A stretch of 53,232 bases of DNA from a virus (Duplodnaviria > Caudoviricetes): positions 1 to 53,232 of the IMG/VR virus record IMGVR_UViG_3300044615_001001. One strand, given 5' to 3'. Below, piece after piece: positions 44,849-53,232 of the stretch; position 1 is the stretch's first letter, and each line of letters opens with the position of its first letter. Under the pieces are notes generated by a model. It ran no database searches. It was given only the letters and a program-made list of their open reading frames with translations, and was not told the DNA's origin. Made by a program: the position numbers and the translations under genes.

Positions 44849-45339
44849 CGCTGGCCCCTCCGTGCCCTGTAGCGGGCGAGTGCGGCTCGCACGGACTCGG
44901 CGATGGTGGCGCGCACCTCGGCGACGAGCGCCGCGCTTGGCGGGCCGCCAGGCCCGACGGGGAGCATGGGACGCGCAGGGATGTTGCCGCGCCCGAACTG
45001 ATGCGTTGCCGCGTACGCCGCGGCCGGACCGCCCGCGTGGATGCTCACGCGTCGCTGGTCGCGCTGGACGCGCGGCGCGAAGCTGTTCTTGAGCATCGCC
45101 GTGACGATGAGGATCTTCGTGCCCGCGGTCTTGCGCGCGCGCGCGATGAGGGTCTTCTCCGACAGCGGTGTCCACGGCCGACCCTGCGGATCGGTCTGCG
45201 TCTCGAAACGCTGCGAGACTTCTTCGTGCAGCACTTCGCCGATGGGCGAGAGCGCGCCGTCGAGGCCCTCGAGAATCGCGGCCGTCAGGTCGCCGACGTC
45301 GCTGCCAGCCTGCGCGGGAGGGACGAGCTCAATGAGCAT
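44845..45339 (-). CDS. Virion morphogenesis (Mu gpG-like tail completion) protein
   Basis: RFETQTDPQGRPWTPLS, YAATHQFG, IPARP. Confidence 0.85.
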   Translation of the reverse strand: MLIELVPPAQAGSDVGDLTAAILEGLDGALSPIGEVLHEEVSQRFETQTDPQGRPWTPLSEKTLIARARKTAGTKILIVTAMLKNSFAPRVQRDQRRVSIHAGGPAAAYAATHQFGRGNIPARPMLPVGPGGPPSAALVAEVRATIAESVRAALARYRARRGQR

Positions 45340-45352
45340 CGCGCACCTCCGC

Positions 45353-45826
45353 TCAGAACAGGCCCTCAGATCGACGCACGCCGCGCGAGTCGACGCCCGC
45401 GAACTGCGGTGCTTCGCCGGCCGCGACCATCGCCGCGATGCCGCTGTCCGCTGCCGCCTCGGTCGCACCAGGCACGGCGGCCTCGCCCGCACGAATGCGG
45501 CCGAGGAGACGTGTGTACTCAGCGAGGAACGCCTCGGCGTCGGCGCTGTTGGGCGCACCGCCGATGCGGAAGAGCCACGCCGCAGCGTAGTAGTCCGTCA
45601 GGTCGGAGATGATGCCGGGCGTTGCCGGCGAGTCGGTCACCGCGGCGAAGGGAACCGAGTAGAGGCGCGCGAGGTCGGCGTCGACCGCATTCGCGGCGCG
45701 CTCGATCGCGTCAGCAAACACGCTCGTGTCCTCGATGCCGTCCTGGTCGACGTCGAGGAGCGCCACCATGCGCGCGGGCCGGACGAGGGCGTCGAGCCTC
45801 GCGCGCGTGGTGTACGGGTGTGCCAT
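45353..45826 (-). CDS. Mu gp36-like (DUF1320) head-tail adaptor
   Basis: AIERAANAVDADLARLYSVP...L..IRAG. Confidence 0.75.
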   Translation of the reverse strand: MAHPYTTRARLDALVRPARMVALLDVDQDGIEDTSVFADAIERAANAVDADLARLYSVPFAAVTDSPATPGIISDLTDYYAAAWLFRIGGAPNSADAEAFLAEYTRLLGRIRAGEAAVPGATEAAADSGIAAMVAAGEAPQFAGVDSRGVRRSEGLF

Positions 45827-45833
45827 GTCGCGC

Positions 45834-46286
45834 TCAGTAGTTGTCGGTGAGGTACACGACGAGCTTGCCGATCGGCACGACGACGCCAGTGCCGCCCTTG
45901 GTGATCTCGAAGCTGAGCTGACTCAGCGCCGTGACCGTGGCGTCGGCAGAGACGACGGTGAGAGGCACGGGAACCCACGCGGTGAAGTTGCCGGTACCCG
46001 TGATCGCCGTCGTCGCGCTGGCCACGGTGGTCTTGCTGCCGCCACCCGCCGCGCGCTTGCTGACGATGATCGTCGCGTTGTTCGTGTTGTCCGCGGTGAG
46101 CGATGCAGCCGGGACGAAGTACGCGGCGAGCACGCGGCTCGAGCGTCGCGCCATGCCGACGGGGACCTCGGACGTTGCCGTCGAGGCCGCGCCGTCGGCG
46201 GCAGTCTTGAGGTGGTCGAACACGACCACCTGGTCATTGGTGCTCGCGAGGAGCTTGCCGATTGTGTGTGCCTGCTGGGCGCTCAT
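45834..46286 (-). CDS. Putative head-associated structural protein
   Basis: 150 aa, T/A/V-rich, downstream of the capsid gene. Confidence 0.6.
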   Translation of the reverse strand: MSAQQAHTIGKLLASTNDQVVVFDHLKTAADGAASTATSEVPVGMARRSSRVLAAYFVPAASLTADNTNNATIIVSKRAAGGGSKTTVASATTAITGTGNFTAWVPVPLTVVSADATVTALSQLSFEITKGGTGVVVPIGKLVVYLTDNY

Positions 46287-46465
46287 GGCTTCCCCTTCTT
46301 GCTCGAGGTGGACGCGTTGACGCTCCCGCTCGCGCTGTCGGCGTCGCGAACGACTCCGGCGCTCACGAGAGACACTCCGATCTCGGGCGAGACGTTGATC
46401 GTCACGCCAGCATCGAAGCGCCGCTCAGCGAAGAGCATCGGGCGGAGGAGCGTCACTCGCATCAC
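46283..46465 (-). CDS. Small hypothetical protein
   Basis: Coupled to the capsid stop. Confidence 0.55.
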   Translation of the reverse strand: MMRVTLLRPMLFAERRFDAGVTINVSPEIGVSLVSAGVVRDADSASGSVNASTSSKKGKP

Positions 46466-47397
46466 GCGACGCTCGTGATGAGGGTGGCCATGTCGTTCTG
46501 CGGGAGCACCTCGTCATCCGAGTGCTCGGCCTGGATCATCACCGAGCCGCCGGGGCCGATGTGCGGGGCCGCGTACTCACGCACGCGCACCTGACCGCCG
46601 AGGCGGAACGTGCACGCGAACGACTCGATGTCCTTGCCGCTCGGGTTGAGCGGAACGCGCGCGATGCCGAACACGGTCGTGCCCCAGACTCGCGAGTAGC
46701 TGCCGCTCGCCGCGCCGGGGTTGGCCGTGTCGCGCTGAGCGTCCGAGACCGCGAGCTCGTCGCAGTCGAAGAACTCGCCGAACTCGGCGCGGCTGATCAT
46801 GCCGCTCGTCGCGCCCTTGAGCGCCAGGAGCTGCGGGTGCACGCGGAGCGTGTGCCACACGTCGATGCTGCACCACGCCACGAGTCGCGACTCCTCGGAG
46901 CTCGGCGCGATGCGGCGGATCGCCGTGAGGATGTCGTCGACCGGCGTCGCCGTGGTCTTGTTCGCCCACACCGCCGACGCCGCTGCCGTCGAGGCGTAGT
47001 TGCCGGTGGTCGTGAACTGCGTCGCCACGCGGAACTCGCGCGCGAGGAGCAGGCTGTTCATCAGCTGCTGCGTCTTGCCCTGGCGCGGGTCGAGTGGCCC
47101 GTTGTTGGCGTCGAGGTCCGCGGAGTTGATCGGGAGCTTGAGGCCGTAGTCGACCACCTTGAAGGTGCTCGAGCTGACGTTGTAGATGCCACTCCGCGCC
47201 TCGGTCTCCGGCCCGAACACGGCCTCGAGGATGTTCGTCGCGTCACGGCGCGAGCGCGTGCGGAACGTGTCCGAACGCATGTCGCAGGACACGACGGGGG
47301 AGAGGAGATCGGCGATGTACTTGCCGTTCTTGTACCCGGTCGCGAAGTCGGTCAGACCGGGATTGATGTGGGCTTCCGAGACGTATGCGCCAGCCAT
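46462..47397 (-). CDS. Major capsid protein (HK97 fold, gpE-like)
   Basis: LTDFATGYKN..YIADLLSP, LLLAREFRVA, PVDDI, LRVHP; AAAGGA RBS; synteny. Confidence 0.85.
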   Translation of the reverse strand: MAGAYVSEAHINPGLTDFATGYKNGKYIADLLSPVVSCDMRSDTFRTRSRRDATNILEAVFGPETEARSGIYNVSSSTFKVVDYGLKLPINSADLDANNGPLDPRQGKTQQLMNSLLLAREFRVATQFTTTGNYASTAAASAVWANKTTATPVDDILTAIRRIAPSSEESRLVAWCSIDVWHTLRVHPQLLALKGATSGMISRAEFGEFFDCDELAVSDAQRDTANPGAASGSYSRVWGTTVFGIARVPLNPSGKDIESFACTFRLGGQVRVREYAAPHIGPGGSVMIQAEHSDDEVLPQNDMATLITSVA

Positions 47398-47431
47398 GAT
47401 GGTTGGTCCTTTCTGCTGCTGAGCGCGTCGC

Positions 47432-47815
47432 TCAGATGAACTGAATCTTCAGGTCGACGAGGATGATGTCGCCGTCGGCGGTGCTCGCGGCGCAGGCCAT
47501 GCCGAGAACCATCGAGGGCGAGCCCGTGGTCTTGCGCGCGAACCCGTCCGTGCCCTCGGCGATCAACTCGTCACCGATGACGATGGCGGCGGCGTTGCCG
47601 TCCACGCGCACCGGGTATTCACCGCACTTGGCGATCTGCACCGGATCGCCAGCGGACGCCGAGTGCATCGTCACGCCGTAGATGAGGCCGCCCGCGCCAG
47701 ACGGATAGACCACCTGCGCTGCGTCGGTGTGGAGCGCAACGAGGCGGTTCGCCTCGACTGCGACGTTGGCGATCTTGGTCACTGCGCCGTTGACGGCGCC
47801 GCCCGTGTAGCTCAT
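47432..47815 (-). CDS. Capsid cement/decoration protein (DUF2190-like)
   Basis: YGVT...GDPV...GDEL...DG...GMA..A..ADGDII.V. Confidence 0.75.
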   Translation of the reverse strand: MSYTGGAVNGAVTKIANVAVEANRLVALHTDAAQVVYPSGAGGLIYGVTMHSASAGDPVQIAKCGEYPVRVDGNAAAIVIGDELIAEGTDGFARKTTGSPSMVLGMACAASTADGDIILVDLKIQFI

Positions 47816-47842
47816 GTGCTGTCTCCTTCTCTGCTCGCGCCG

Positions 47843-49363
47843 TCAGCGCGTGGTCTCGAAGAGGTGCGGGTGCTTTGCCTGCGCTCGACGCAGTGCGGTG
47901 GCCCTGACCTCGTTGGGGCCGTACTTCGGGAACTCCCGACGCACGCCCTCCTCCTCGGCGGCGCGAGCCTCCGAGACGGTCTGCGGAACGCTCGCGTCCG
48001 CGCGCGCGTGACGCGAGAACACATCGCCAGTCGGCACGGTGGACGAGCGGAGCGCGTTGACGATCATCCGCTCACGGACGGCCGTGTCCTGGATTGCCAG
48101 CGTGTCGGCGACGAGCTGCTCGAGCTGCTCGCCGCTCAACGTGGCCTTGGCCTCGACGGCGCGGCGCTGGATGGCCTCGCGCGTGTCGCGCTTGGCGACC
48201 TCGGCGCGCAGACTGGCCACCTCGGCGCGCAGCGCGGGGAGAGCCGTGAGCGCGGCGCGGGCCGCAGTCGCGTCCTGCTGCGACATCGCCGCAGCGTCCG
48301 CGCCAGCATCGGCCGCGGGAGCGCCCTGGCCGAGCGCGCCCTTGAACGCCGCGAGCGACGCCGTGAAGAGGTCGAGCAGCTCACTCGGCGACGCCTCGGG
48401 CTTGCCGAAGAGATCCTGCATGCCGCCGACGACGCTCGACGCGAACGCCTCGAGCGCGGCCTGGTCCTCGAGACCGGGCACCGCCCGCCTGACGGGCGCG
48501 TCGGCTGGAGTCTTCTGCTCGGGCGGAGTCGTGGCGGACATGGCTTCCGCGGGCGGCGGCGCAGCCGGATTGCCGGCCTGCTCCAGAGCCTTCTCGGTCT
48601 TCGCCGCGCTCTTGATCGCCGCGAGCGCGTCCATCACGGGAGACGCGTAGGACTCGGCGCTCATCTCGTCCTCGACGCTCACGCCGAGCGTGGCTGCGAT
48701 CTTGGCGAGCAGGTCGAGAGCAGGGCCGCGAGCGTGCTTCTTGTCGGACATCGTGAGCCTCATCGATCGGAAGTGGATGCCCGCAGTCGCGCGGACGGAG
48801 TTGTTGGGTGCCAGTCCCTCGACAGCCGGAACGTTGGTCAGCGCGTGCTGGAGGAGTCGGCCGTCAGACGAGAAGCCGATCGACCCGTAGGCGAGGCGAC
48901 CAGAGTCGATGTCGCGCGCCACGTCGGGCGAGGTCTCGGCGTAGACGTAGAGATGCCAGCGGCCGGCGCGGTCCTGCACCTCGACGCCCGTGTGCACGTA
49001 GCCGTCAGAGCGCGTCTCGGTCGCGCTCAGCTGCGAGTGCGCGGGTGACGTGCCGCCATCCATCGGCGCAGGGCTGCCCGCGTTGAGGCGCGCAGCCATC
49101 GTCGCGATGAGGTCGCGAGTGACCTGCGAGCCATCGGGCGCGGGCGCGCTCTCCTCGGCCGTCGCATCAAGCCAGCGCCACTGACCGTTCTCGCGGCCCG
49201 ACTCGTCGCGCAGGATGCCGCGCTTCGGGCGGTAGTCGTTGTCGCTCAGCAGCGAGTCGAGCGCGGCGCGAAGCGTGGGATACGCCTCGCCAGCGTCGGC
49301 GTCGCGAAGGCGCACCTCTGCTCCGCCCTTGGTCTCGACGACGACGAGCGGGAGAGTGGGCAT
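47843..49363 (-). CDS. Mu-like prohead protease/scaffold
   Basis: YGSIGF...HALTNVPAVEGL followed by an Ala-rich helical scaffold region. Confidence 0.8.
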   Translation of the reverse strand: MPTLPLVVVETKGGAEVRLRDADAGEAYPTLRAALDSLLSDNDYRPKRGILRDESGRENGQWRWLDATAEESAPAPDGSQVTRDLIATMAARLNAGSPAPMDGGTSPAHSQLSATETRSDGYVHTGVEVQDRAGRWHLYVYAETSPDVARDIDSGRLAYGSIGFSSDGRLLQHALTNVPAVEGLAPNNSVRATAGIHFRSMRLTMSDKKHARGPALDLLAKIAATLGVSVEDEMSAESYASPVMDALAAIKSAAKTEKALEQAGNPAAPPPAEAMSATTPPEQKTPADAPVRRAVPGLEDQAALEAFASSVVGGMQDLFGKPEASPSELLDLFTASLAAFKGALGQGAPAADAGADAAAMSQQDATAARAALTALPALRAEVASLRAEVAKRDTREAIQRRAVEAKATLSGEQLEQLVADTLAIQDTAVRERMIVNALRSSTVPTGDVFSRHARADASVPQTVSEARAAEEEGVRREFPKYGPNEVRATALRRAQAKHPHLFETTR

Positions 49364-49502
49364 GTGCACCTCAAGCGATTGCGGAGACGGGAATTGCACC
49401 CGTGCGTGGCCGGCTTATGAGGCCGGTGCGTTGCTACTTCGCCACTCCGCGATAGGCCGCCGAGATTACGGATGCGCGAGCGCAGAGCCGTCGGCGGGCT
49501 TG

Positions 49503-51176
49503 TCAGTCAGCGAGCGGGCCGGGAGCGGACTCCCAGCCAGCATCCGGCGTCACGCCAGCGATGCGGCCCTCGGTGAGCATGTAGCCGCGCGCCTCGAACT
49601 GCCTCGCGCTGATCGTGGTCAGCGAGCAACGACAGTTGCTCGTGATGATTCCGTTCGCCCCTATCCAGCTGAAAGGCGACTGGAGGTCGAACACATGTCC
49701 AGAGAACGAATGGCGCTTGACGCTGACTACCTTGTCCGTGCCTACGAGGCCGGAGCCTCTGAGAAGAAGCTCGCTGACGAACTTGGCGTCTCGCGCAGTG
49801 CCATCAGGCGCAGACTGGTCGCGCGCAACGTGAAGCCGCGAGGCCGCTCCGAAGCGGAGCTGCTGAAGTGGTCCGCCATCAAGCGAGACAGAGCCCTCGT
49901 CGAGCGCCAGTGCGGCAGAGCGTGGAATGCCGCGAGGGGTCGAGTCCACACGCTTGAGGAGCGCGTCGCCAGAGCTGCCAGCGGCGGACGCCTCATCGGC
50001 AAGCACGAGGACACAATCGCCGGTCTGCTCGACGCCGCTGGCTGTGCCGTGGAGCGCCAGTTTGCCTGGGGCCCCTACAACATCGATCTGGCCGCGCATG
50101 AAGCGCGCGTCGCCATCGAAGTCGTTGGGACTCCACCCGTCCACGCTGGCCGAGATAGAGTCCGCGAACGCACCGAATACCTGCTCAATGGCGGCTGGTG
50201 CGTGCTCTTTGTCTACGTTGGTCCACTGTGGGGTCGCCGCACCGTTGAGATCGACGGTGCGTTCGTAACAAACGAGATCGTCTCCCTCGTGGAGAGAGCC
50301 CGCCGCAACGAACCCGTTCACGGTTGCTATCGGGTGATTCGGGGTGACGGGGAGCCGACGGCCATGCTCCGTAAGTACCTCAACAATCTCCCCGTCGTAC
50401 CAAGCGCGGTAGGCGCCGTCGAAGGTGCCCTCAACGACAACGCCTGACGGGAAGCATCGGAAGCCGAGCGGGGGCGCGTAGTACGCGGCCTCGTCGGTGC
50501 CCTGCCGGAACACGCGGCCGTGAAGCGCGCGGTGCATCGGCCGGACGGCCTCGTCGCCAGCGGTCACGTAGCGAAGGAAGGGGCGCAGCGCGGCGACGTC
50601 GGGATCGTTGACGGCCTGCCATCGGCCAGCGCCGTACGACGTCGCGACGTTCGTTCGCACGACGGTCTCGAGGTAGTGCGGACTCGCGGGCGCGATGCCC
50701 ATCGCTCGCACCTCGTCACGCTCCGCAGCGCGGATCGCCTCGTACACCTCGTCGGTGGTGAGGTCTTGCTCGAGAAGCCGCGCGATGCTTGTGCGTGCCA
50801 CTTCGCGCAGACGCTCTGTCGCGAGACGCCGCGCCACGAAGCCACCTTCACGGTAGCGGTCACGCAGCGCGTCGAACTCCTCTTCGGAGATCAGCCGCTT
50901 CGCGCGGAAGAACGCAACCGCGTCGTCGAACGGCATCGCCAAGAACGGCGACTCACGGCGCGAGGTGACGGCGCGTGCTGCGCTGTCGCTGTCCTCTGCG
51001 AGCTCGACCTCACGCACCATCAACTGGCCGCCGAGCGCCGCTTGAAACGACGTGCGGTAGAGCAGGCCCGCGAGCCTGTCGTCGGTCTGGAGCTGGTCGG
51101 CCCAGCGGGCCACCACCTCGTCGATGTCACTCGGACCACGCAGCGAGCGCGCGTGCGCCGCGAGCAGGTCGAGCAT
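49503..51176 (-). CDS. MuF (gpF/gp7-like) minor head protein interrupted by an intein; 5' end may come from a portal frameshift at 51323
   Basis: LETVVRTNVATSYGAGRW, D..VRPMH..LHG, PPLGFR|intein|CRC. Confidence 0.88.
   Translation of the reverse strand: MLDLLAAHARSLRGPSDIDEVVARWADQLQTDDRLAGLLYRTSFQAALGGQLMVREVELAEDSDSAARAVTSRRESPFLAMPFDDAVAFFRAKRLISEEEFDALRDRYREGGFVARRLATERLREVARTSIARLLEQDLTTDEVYEAIRAAERDEVRAMGIAPASPHYLETVVRTNVATSYGAGRWQAVNDPDVAALRPFLRYVTAGDEAVRPMHRALHGRVFRQGTDEAAYYAPPLGFRCFPSGVVVEGTFDGAYRAWYDGEIVEVLTEHGRRLPVTPNHPIATVNGFVAAGSLHEGDDLVCYERTVDLNGAATPQWTNVDKEHAPAAIEQVFGAFADSISASVDGWSPNDFDGDARFMRGQIDVVGAPGKLALHGTASGVEQTGDCVLVLADEASAAGSSGDALLKRVDSTPRGIPRSAALALDEGSVSLDGGPLQQLRFGAASRLHVARDQSAPDGTARDAKFVSELLLRGSGLVGTDKVVSVKRHSFSGHVFDLQSPFSWIGANGIITSNCRCSLTTISARQFEARGYMLTEGRIAGVTPDAGWESAPGPLAD
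49635..50456 (-). mobile_element. Intein (274 aa) in MuF
   Basis: Cys1 (CFPSG), block B TPNHP, block F HVFDL, terminal IITSN followed by extein Cys; removal restores PPLGFRCRC. Confidence 0.88.
49695..50447 (+). CDS. HTH + DUF559/Vsr-like PD-(D/E)xK endonuclease encoded antisense inside the intein
   Basis: GGAGGT RBS 7 nt before the ATG; YEAGASEKKLADELGVSRSAIRRRL (HTH); QFAWGPYNIDLA...VAIEV.G...H...R..YL..GGWCVL. Confidence 0.78.
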   Translation: MSRERMALDADYLVRAYEAGASEKKLADELGVSRSAIRRRLVARNVKPRGRSEAELLKWSAIKRDRALVERQCGRAWNAARGRVHTLEERVARAASGGRLIGKHEDTIAGLLDAAGCAVERQFAWGPYNIDLAAHEARVAIEVVGTPPVHAGRDRVRERTEYLLNGGWCVLFVYVGPLWGRRTVEIDGAFVTNEIVSLVERARRNEPVHGCYRVIRGDGEPTAMLRKYLNNLPVVPSAVGAVEGALNDNA

Positions 51177-51217
51177 CGAGCGGCCGAGAGACGCGCTCTC
51201 GAGGAGCGCCTCAGCGG

Positions 51218-52651
51218 CTAGTGCGCCCGGTCGTCCGACGACTGCCTGAGCAGTCGCGCGAGCGGATGCGTCGAGGTCTGCGACGTCGCCCCACTCGGCG
51301 TCATCGCGGCCCTCGGAAAAGGGACCTCCGCAGACGCACCCCCCGGCGCGCTTGTGGAGGCTGGGAGGGAAAGAGGCGACCCGCTGTACGCGGGCGGAAG
51401 CTGTGGCGCGGCGAACGCGTCGCCGCCGTCGATCGCGTCGTAGCCGTTCGACGTGCGGAGCTCGTTCTTCGTGCAGAGACCGGCCTGGTACTCCGCGACG
51501 CTCCACGGGCGCTGCGCCTGCACTGCCGTCTCGATGACTGGCACGACGGCGCCGGGGCGATTGAAACGCACGAGCGGCGCGAGCCACTGATCGCAGATCG
51601 TCTCGTCGAGCTCGGTGAGGTCGGCCGCGAGGATGTCGCCGCGCACCTGCGCTTGCGCCTGGCTGCCGTACGTCTGCGCGTCCTTGACCTCGATGCTGAG
51701 GTTGCCGCCGAGTAGCGAGACCGCGTACTCCGTGTTGCAGTAGTCCGCGAACAGCTTGTGCAGTTCGGGGTAGAGCGAGACGGGGATCTCGTTGATCTCG
51801 ACGCCCGTGCGGAACGCCGCGCGCCACGTCGAGGACAACTGCCCAAGCTGGTCAACCACCTCGTCAAGCATCGTCGTGGACGTGCTCGGGTCGTTGACCA
51901 CGCCGTACAGCTGCGGCTGGCCGTACCGCTCGATCATCTCGAGCCACCAGCGCAGCCCGAACCGCTTCGCGAGCGCGAGCGCGAGGAGCGGACGCAGCGC
52001 GCCGCGCTTCTGGAGACGTAGATGCACGCCGCCCGTTGGGCTGTGCACGATGAACTTGTGCGGCCACGAGGACAGCGGCTTGCCGTGGCACTCCGCGCCA
52101 GGCTCGTACACGCACAACTCGCCGTACTCATCGACGGAGAGGCGCGTGGGATCGATGGGGCGCGGACGCGAGACGACCCACCCGCGCGAATCGAGCTGCC
52201 AGTCGTGCTCGAGGACGCCGACGCCGCGGAGGATGCCCTGCGCAAGCTCGGCGCGACGACGCGCGAAGCCAGGCGTCTCGTAGAGGATCGTCGAGACCGA
52301 CTGCGCCGTTGCGAGCGCGTCGCGGTCCTGCTCGTAGCCGACCGGTGGGCGCACTGCCCAGCGCCTCGACGTGATCGCGTGAATGCGCGCAGCGGACACG
52401 CCACGAAGGCGCGAGTCACGCACGAGCGCGCCCTCGTAGATGGCCTGTAGCGGCGAGATCGTGCCGACGTCAGCGGAGCGCAGTGCGCTCACGAGCTGCT
52501 GGCCAGCGTTGACCTCGTACTCCATCGGATCGCTGACCTGCCGCGACGTGCGAGGCACGCCGTACACGCGACCGACGGGAGCGCCGCCGCTGAGCGTCAG
52601 CGGGGCGGCTGCCGCGCGCTTGCTCCACGGGAGCCAGTCGGTCCACGCCAT
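51218..52651 (-). CDS. Portal protein (DUF935, Mu gp29-like)
   Basis: RDSRL....AR, KFIVH, WWLEMIERYGQP, YCNTE....LLGGNL, ETICDQWLAPLV.FN. Confidence 0.9.
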   Translation of the reverse strand: MAWTDWLPWSKRAAAAPLTLSGGAPVGRVYGVPRTSRQVSDPMEYEVNAGQQLVSALRSADVGTISPLQAIYEGALVRDSRLRGVSAARIHAITSRRWAVRPPVGYEQDRDALATAQSVSTILYETPGFARRRAELAQGILRGVGVLEHDWQLDSRGWVVSRPRPIDPTRLSVDEYGELCVYEPGAECHGKPLSSWPHKFIVHSPTGGVHLRLQKRGALRPLLALALAKRFGLRWWLEMIERYGQPQLYGVVNDPSTSTTMLDEVVDQLGQLSSTWRAAFRTGVEINEIPVSLYPELHKLFADYCNTEYAVSLLGGNLSIEVKDAQTYGSQAQAQVRGDILAADLTELDETICDQWLAPLVRFNRPGAVVPVIETAVQAQRPWSVAEYQAGLCTKNELRTSNGYDAIDGGDAFAAPQLPPAYSGSPLSLPASTSAPGGASAEVPFPRAAMTPSGATSQTSTHPLARLLRQSSDDRAH

Positions 52652-52949
52652 GACGCCTCCACGCGCCGCAGGCGCACCGTAAGCGGCTCAACGCGTCCTG
52701 GGGAGGTGGTGGGTGGGCCAGGTCGCGCGAGCCTACCCAAGAGAGGCACGAAAACGGACCTATTGCCAACGGACGAGAGCGGCAGAGTGCGGCAATCAGC
52801 GGCGAGTCATCGCTCGGCTACATCGCGCATCATGTCAGCGAGCGCCGACAGCGCTGACACCCGCGTCAGCCATCGACCACGCACACGCACGCCCTCGACG
52901 CTGACACGCCACCAACCGTCACGGTCGCGCACGAGTCGGATGTCGACGA

Positions 52950-53219
52950 TCACGGGCACTCCGGGTCAGGCCCGTCGCACGAGCTCTCGTTCATCGGCAC
53001 GCGGTAGAACGTCACGCCATCGTCGGACCGCCACCAATGGTCGGGCTCCCCACGATGCGACGCCACGCGTGCGCGCTCCAGCCGATCTACCTCGGCGAGC
53101 AACTCGCCGACCGCGTCGTCTTTCCAGTCGATCGTAGGCTCGGCGCGCTCCTCCGCTTGCTCCTCCGCGTGCAGCTTGCGGAACAGCTCGAGGCGCTCTC
53201 TCGTCATCGGCGTCGTCAT
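52950..53219 (-). CDS. Hypothetical protein (Ead/Ea22-like LLAEVDRL motif)
   Basis: 89 aa with AAGGAG RBS; spans the terminal overlap. Confidence 0.6.
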   Translation of the reverse strand: MTTPMTRERLELFRKLHAEEQAEERAEPTIDWKDDAVGELLAEVDRLERARVASHRGEPDHWWRSDDGVTFYRVPMNESSCDGPDPECP

Positions 53220-53231
53220 GCGTTCTCCTTC
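53106..53231 (+). repeat. Terminal direct repeat (copy 2)
   Basis: Identical to 1..126. Confidence 0.9.
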
Positions 53232-53232
53232 A

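Larger units (their letters stand above)
1..53232. mobile_element. Complete temperate tailed (siphovirus-like) phage genome, circular/excised form
   Basis: Terminase, portal, capsid, tail, integrase with intact attP, and CI/Cro are all present. The ends overlap by 126 nt and ORF 52950..53219 couples to ORF 111..1082 across the junction. Confidence 0.95.

Noticed and set aside
47663-49048. 461-aa + strand ORF
   Set aside because: Shadow of the protease/scaffold gene.
49239-49694. 5' extension of the antisense nuclease ORF
   Set aside because: Low-information sequence outside the intein; the strong RBS points to the ATG at 49695.
44845-52651. Transposable Mu-like phage
   Set aside because: The head genes are Mu-like, but there is no DDE transposase or MuB; a tyrosine integrase and attP are present.

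Overview
The window appears to be a complete ~53.1 kb genome of a high-GC (roughly 70% by eye) temperate tailed phage. The first 126 nt recur at the end, consistent with a circular assembly. A myxobacterial (Myxococcota) host is likely, inferred from a myxobacterial-type Cys-rich lipoprotein and the GC content. Modules: (1) a leftward operon with Cro, RusA, a C5 DNA methyltransferase, a replication initiator with a DnaC-like loader, and the terminases; (2) an immunity region with CI, a lipoprotein and an ImmA-like peptidase; (3) a rightward operon with a YqaJ exonuclease, Rad52-like annealase, SSB, HNH, Xis and a tyrosine integrase; (4) an attP matching the 3' half of tRNA-Gly(GCC); (5) small accessory cassettes; (6) a long leftward late operon with a Mu-like head, non-contractile tail, fibres, and lysis and enzyme genes. 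The most striking feature is a 274-aa intein in the MuF head protein with no recognisable in-frame endonuclease. Instead its antisense strand carries a 250-aa HTH + DUF559/Vsr-like endonuclease ORF with its own RBS, lying entirely inside the intein, which suggests a dual-strand-coded mobile intein. Other overlapping-coding features are a probable -1 frameshift fusing portal to MuF, a two-frame (M.EcoHK31I-like) methyltransferase with four repeated modules, and a tail-chaperone slippery site. All calls rest on motif recognition by eye; no database searches were run.
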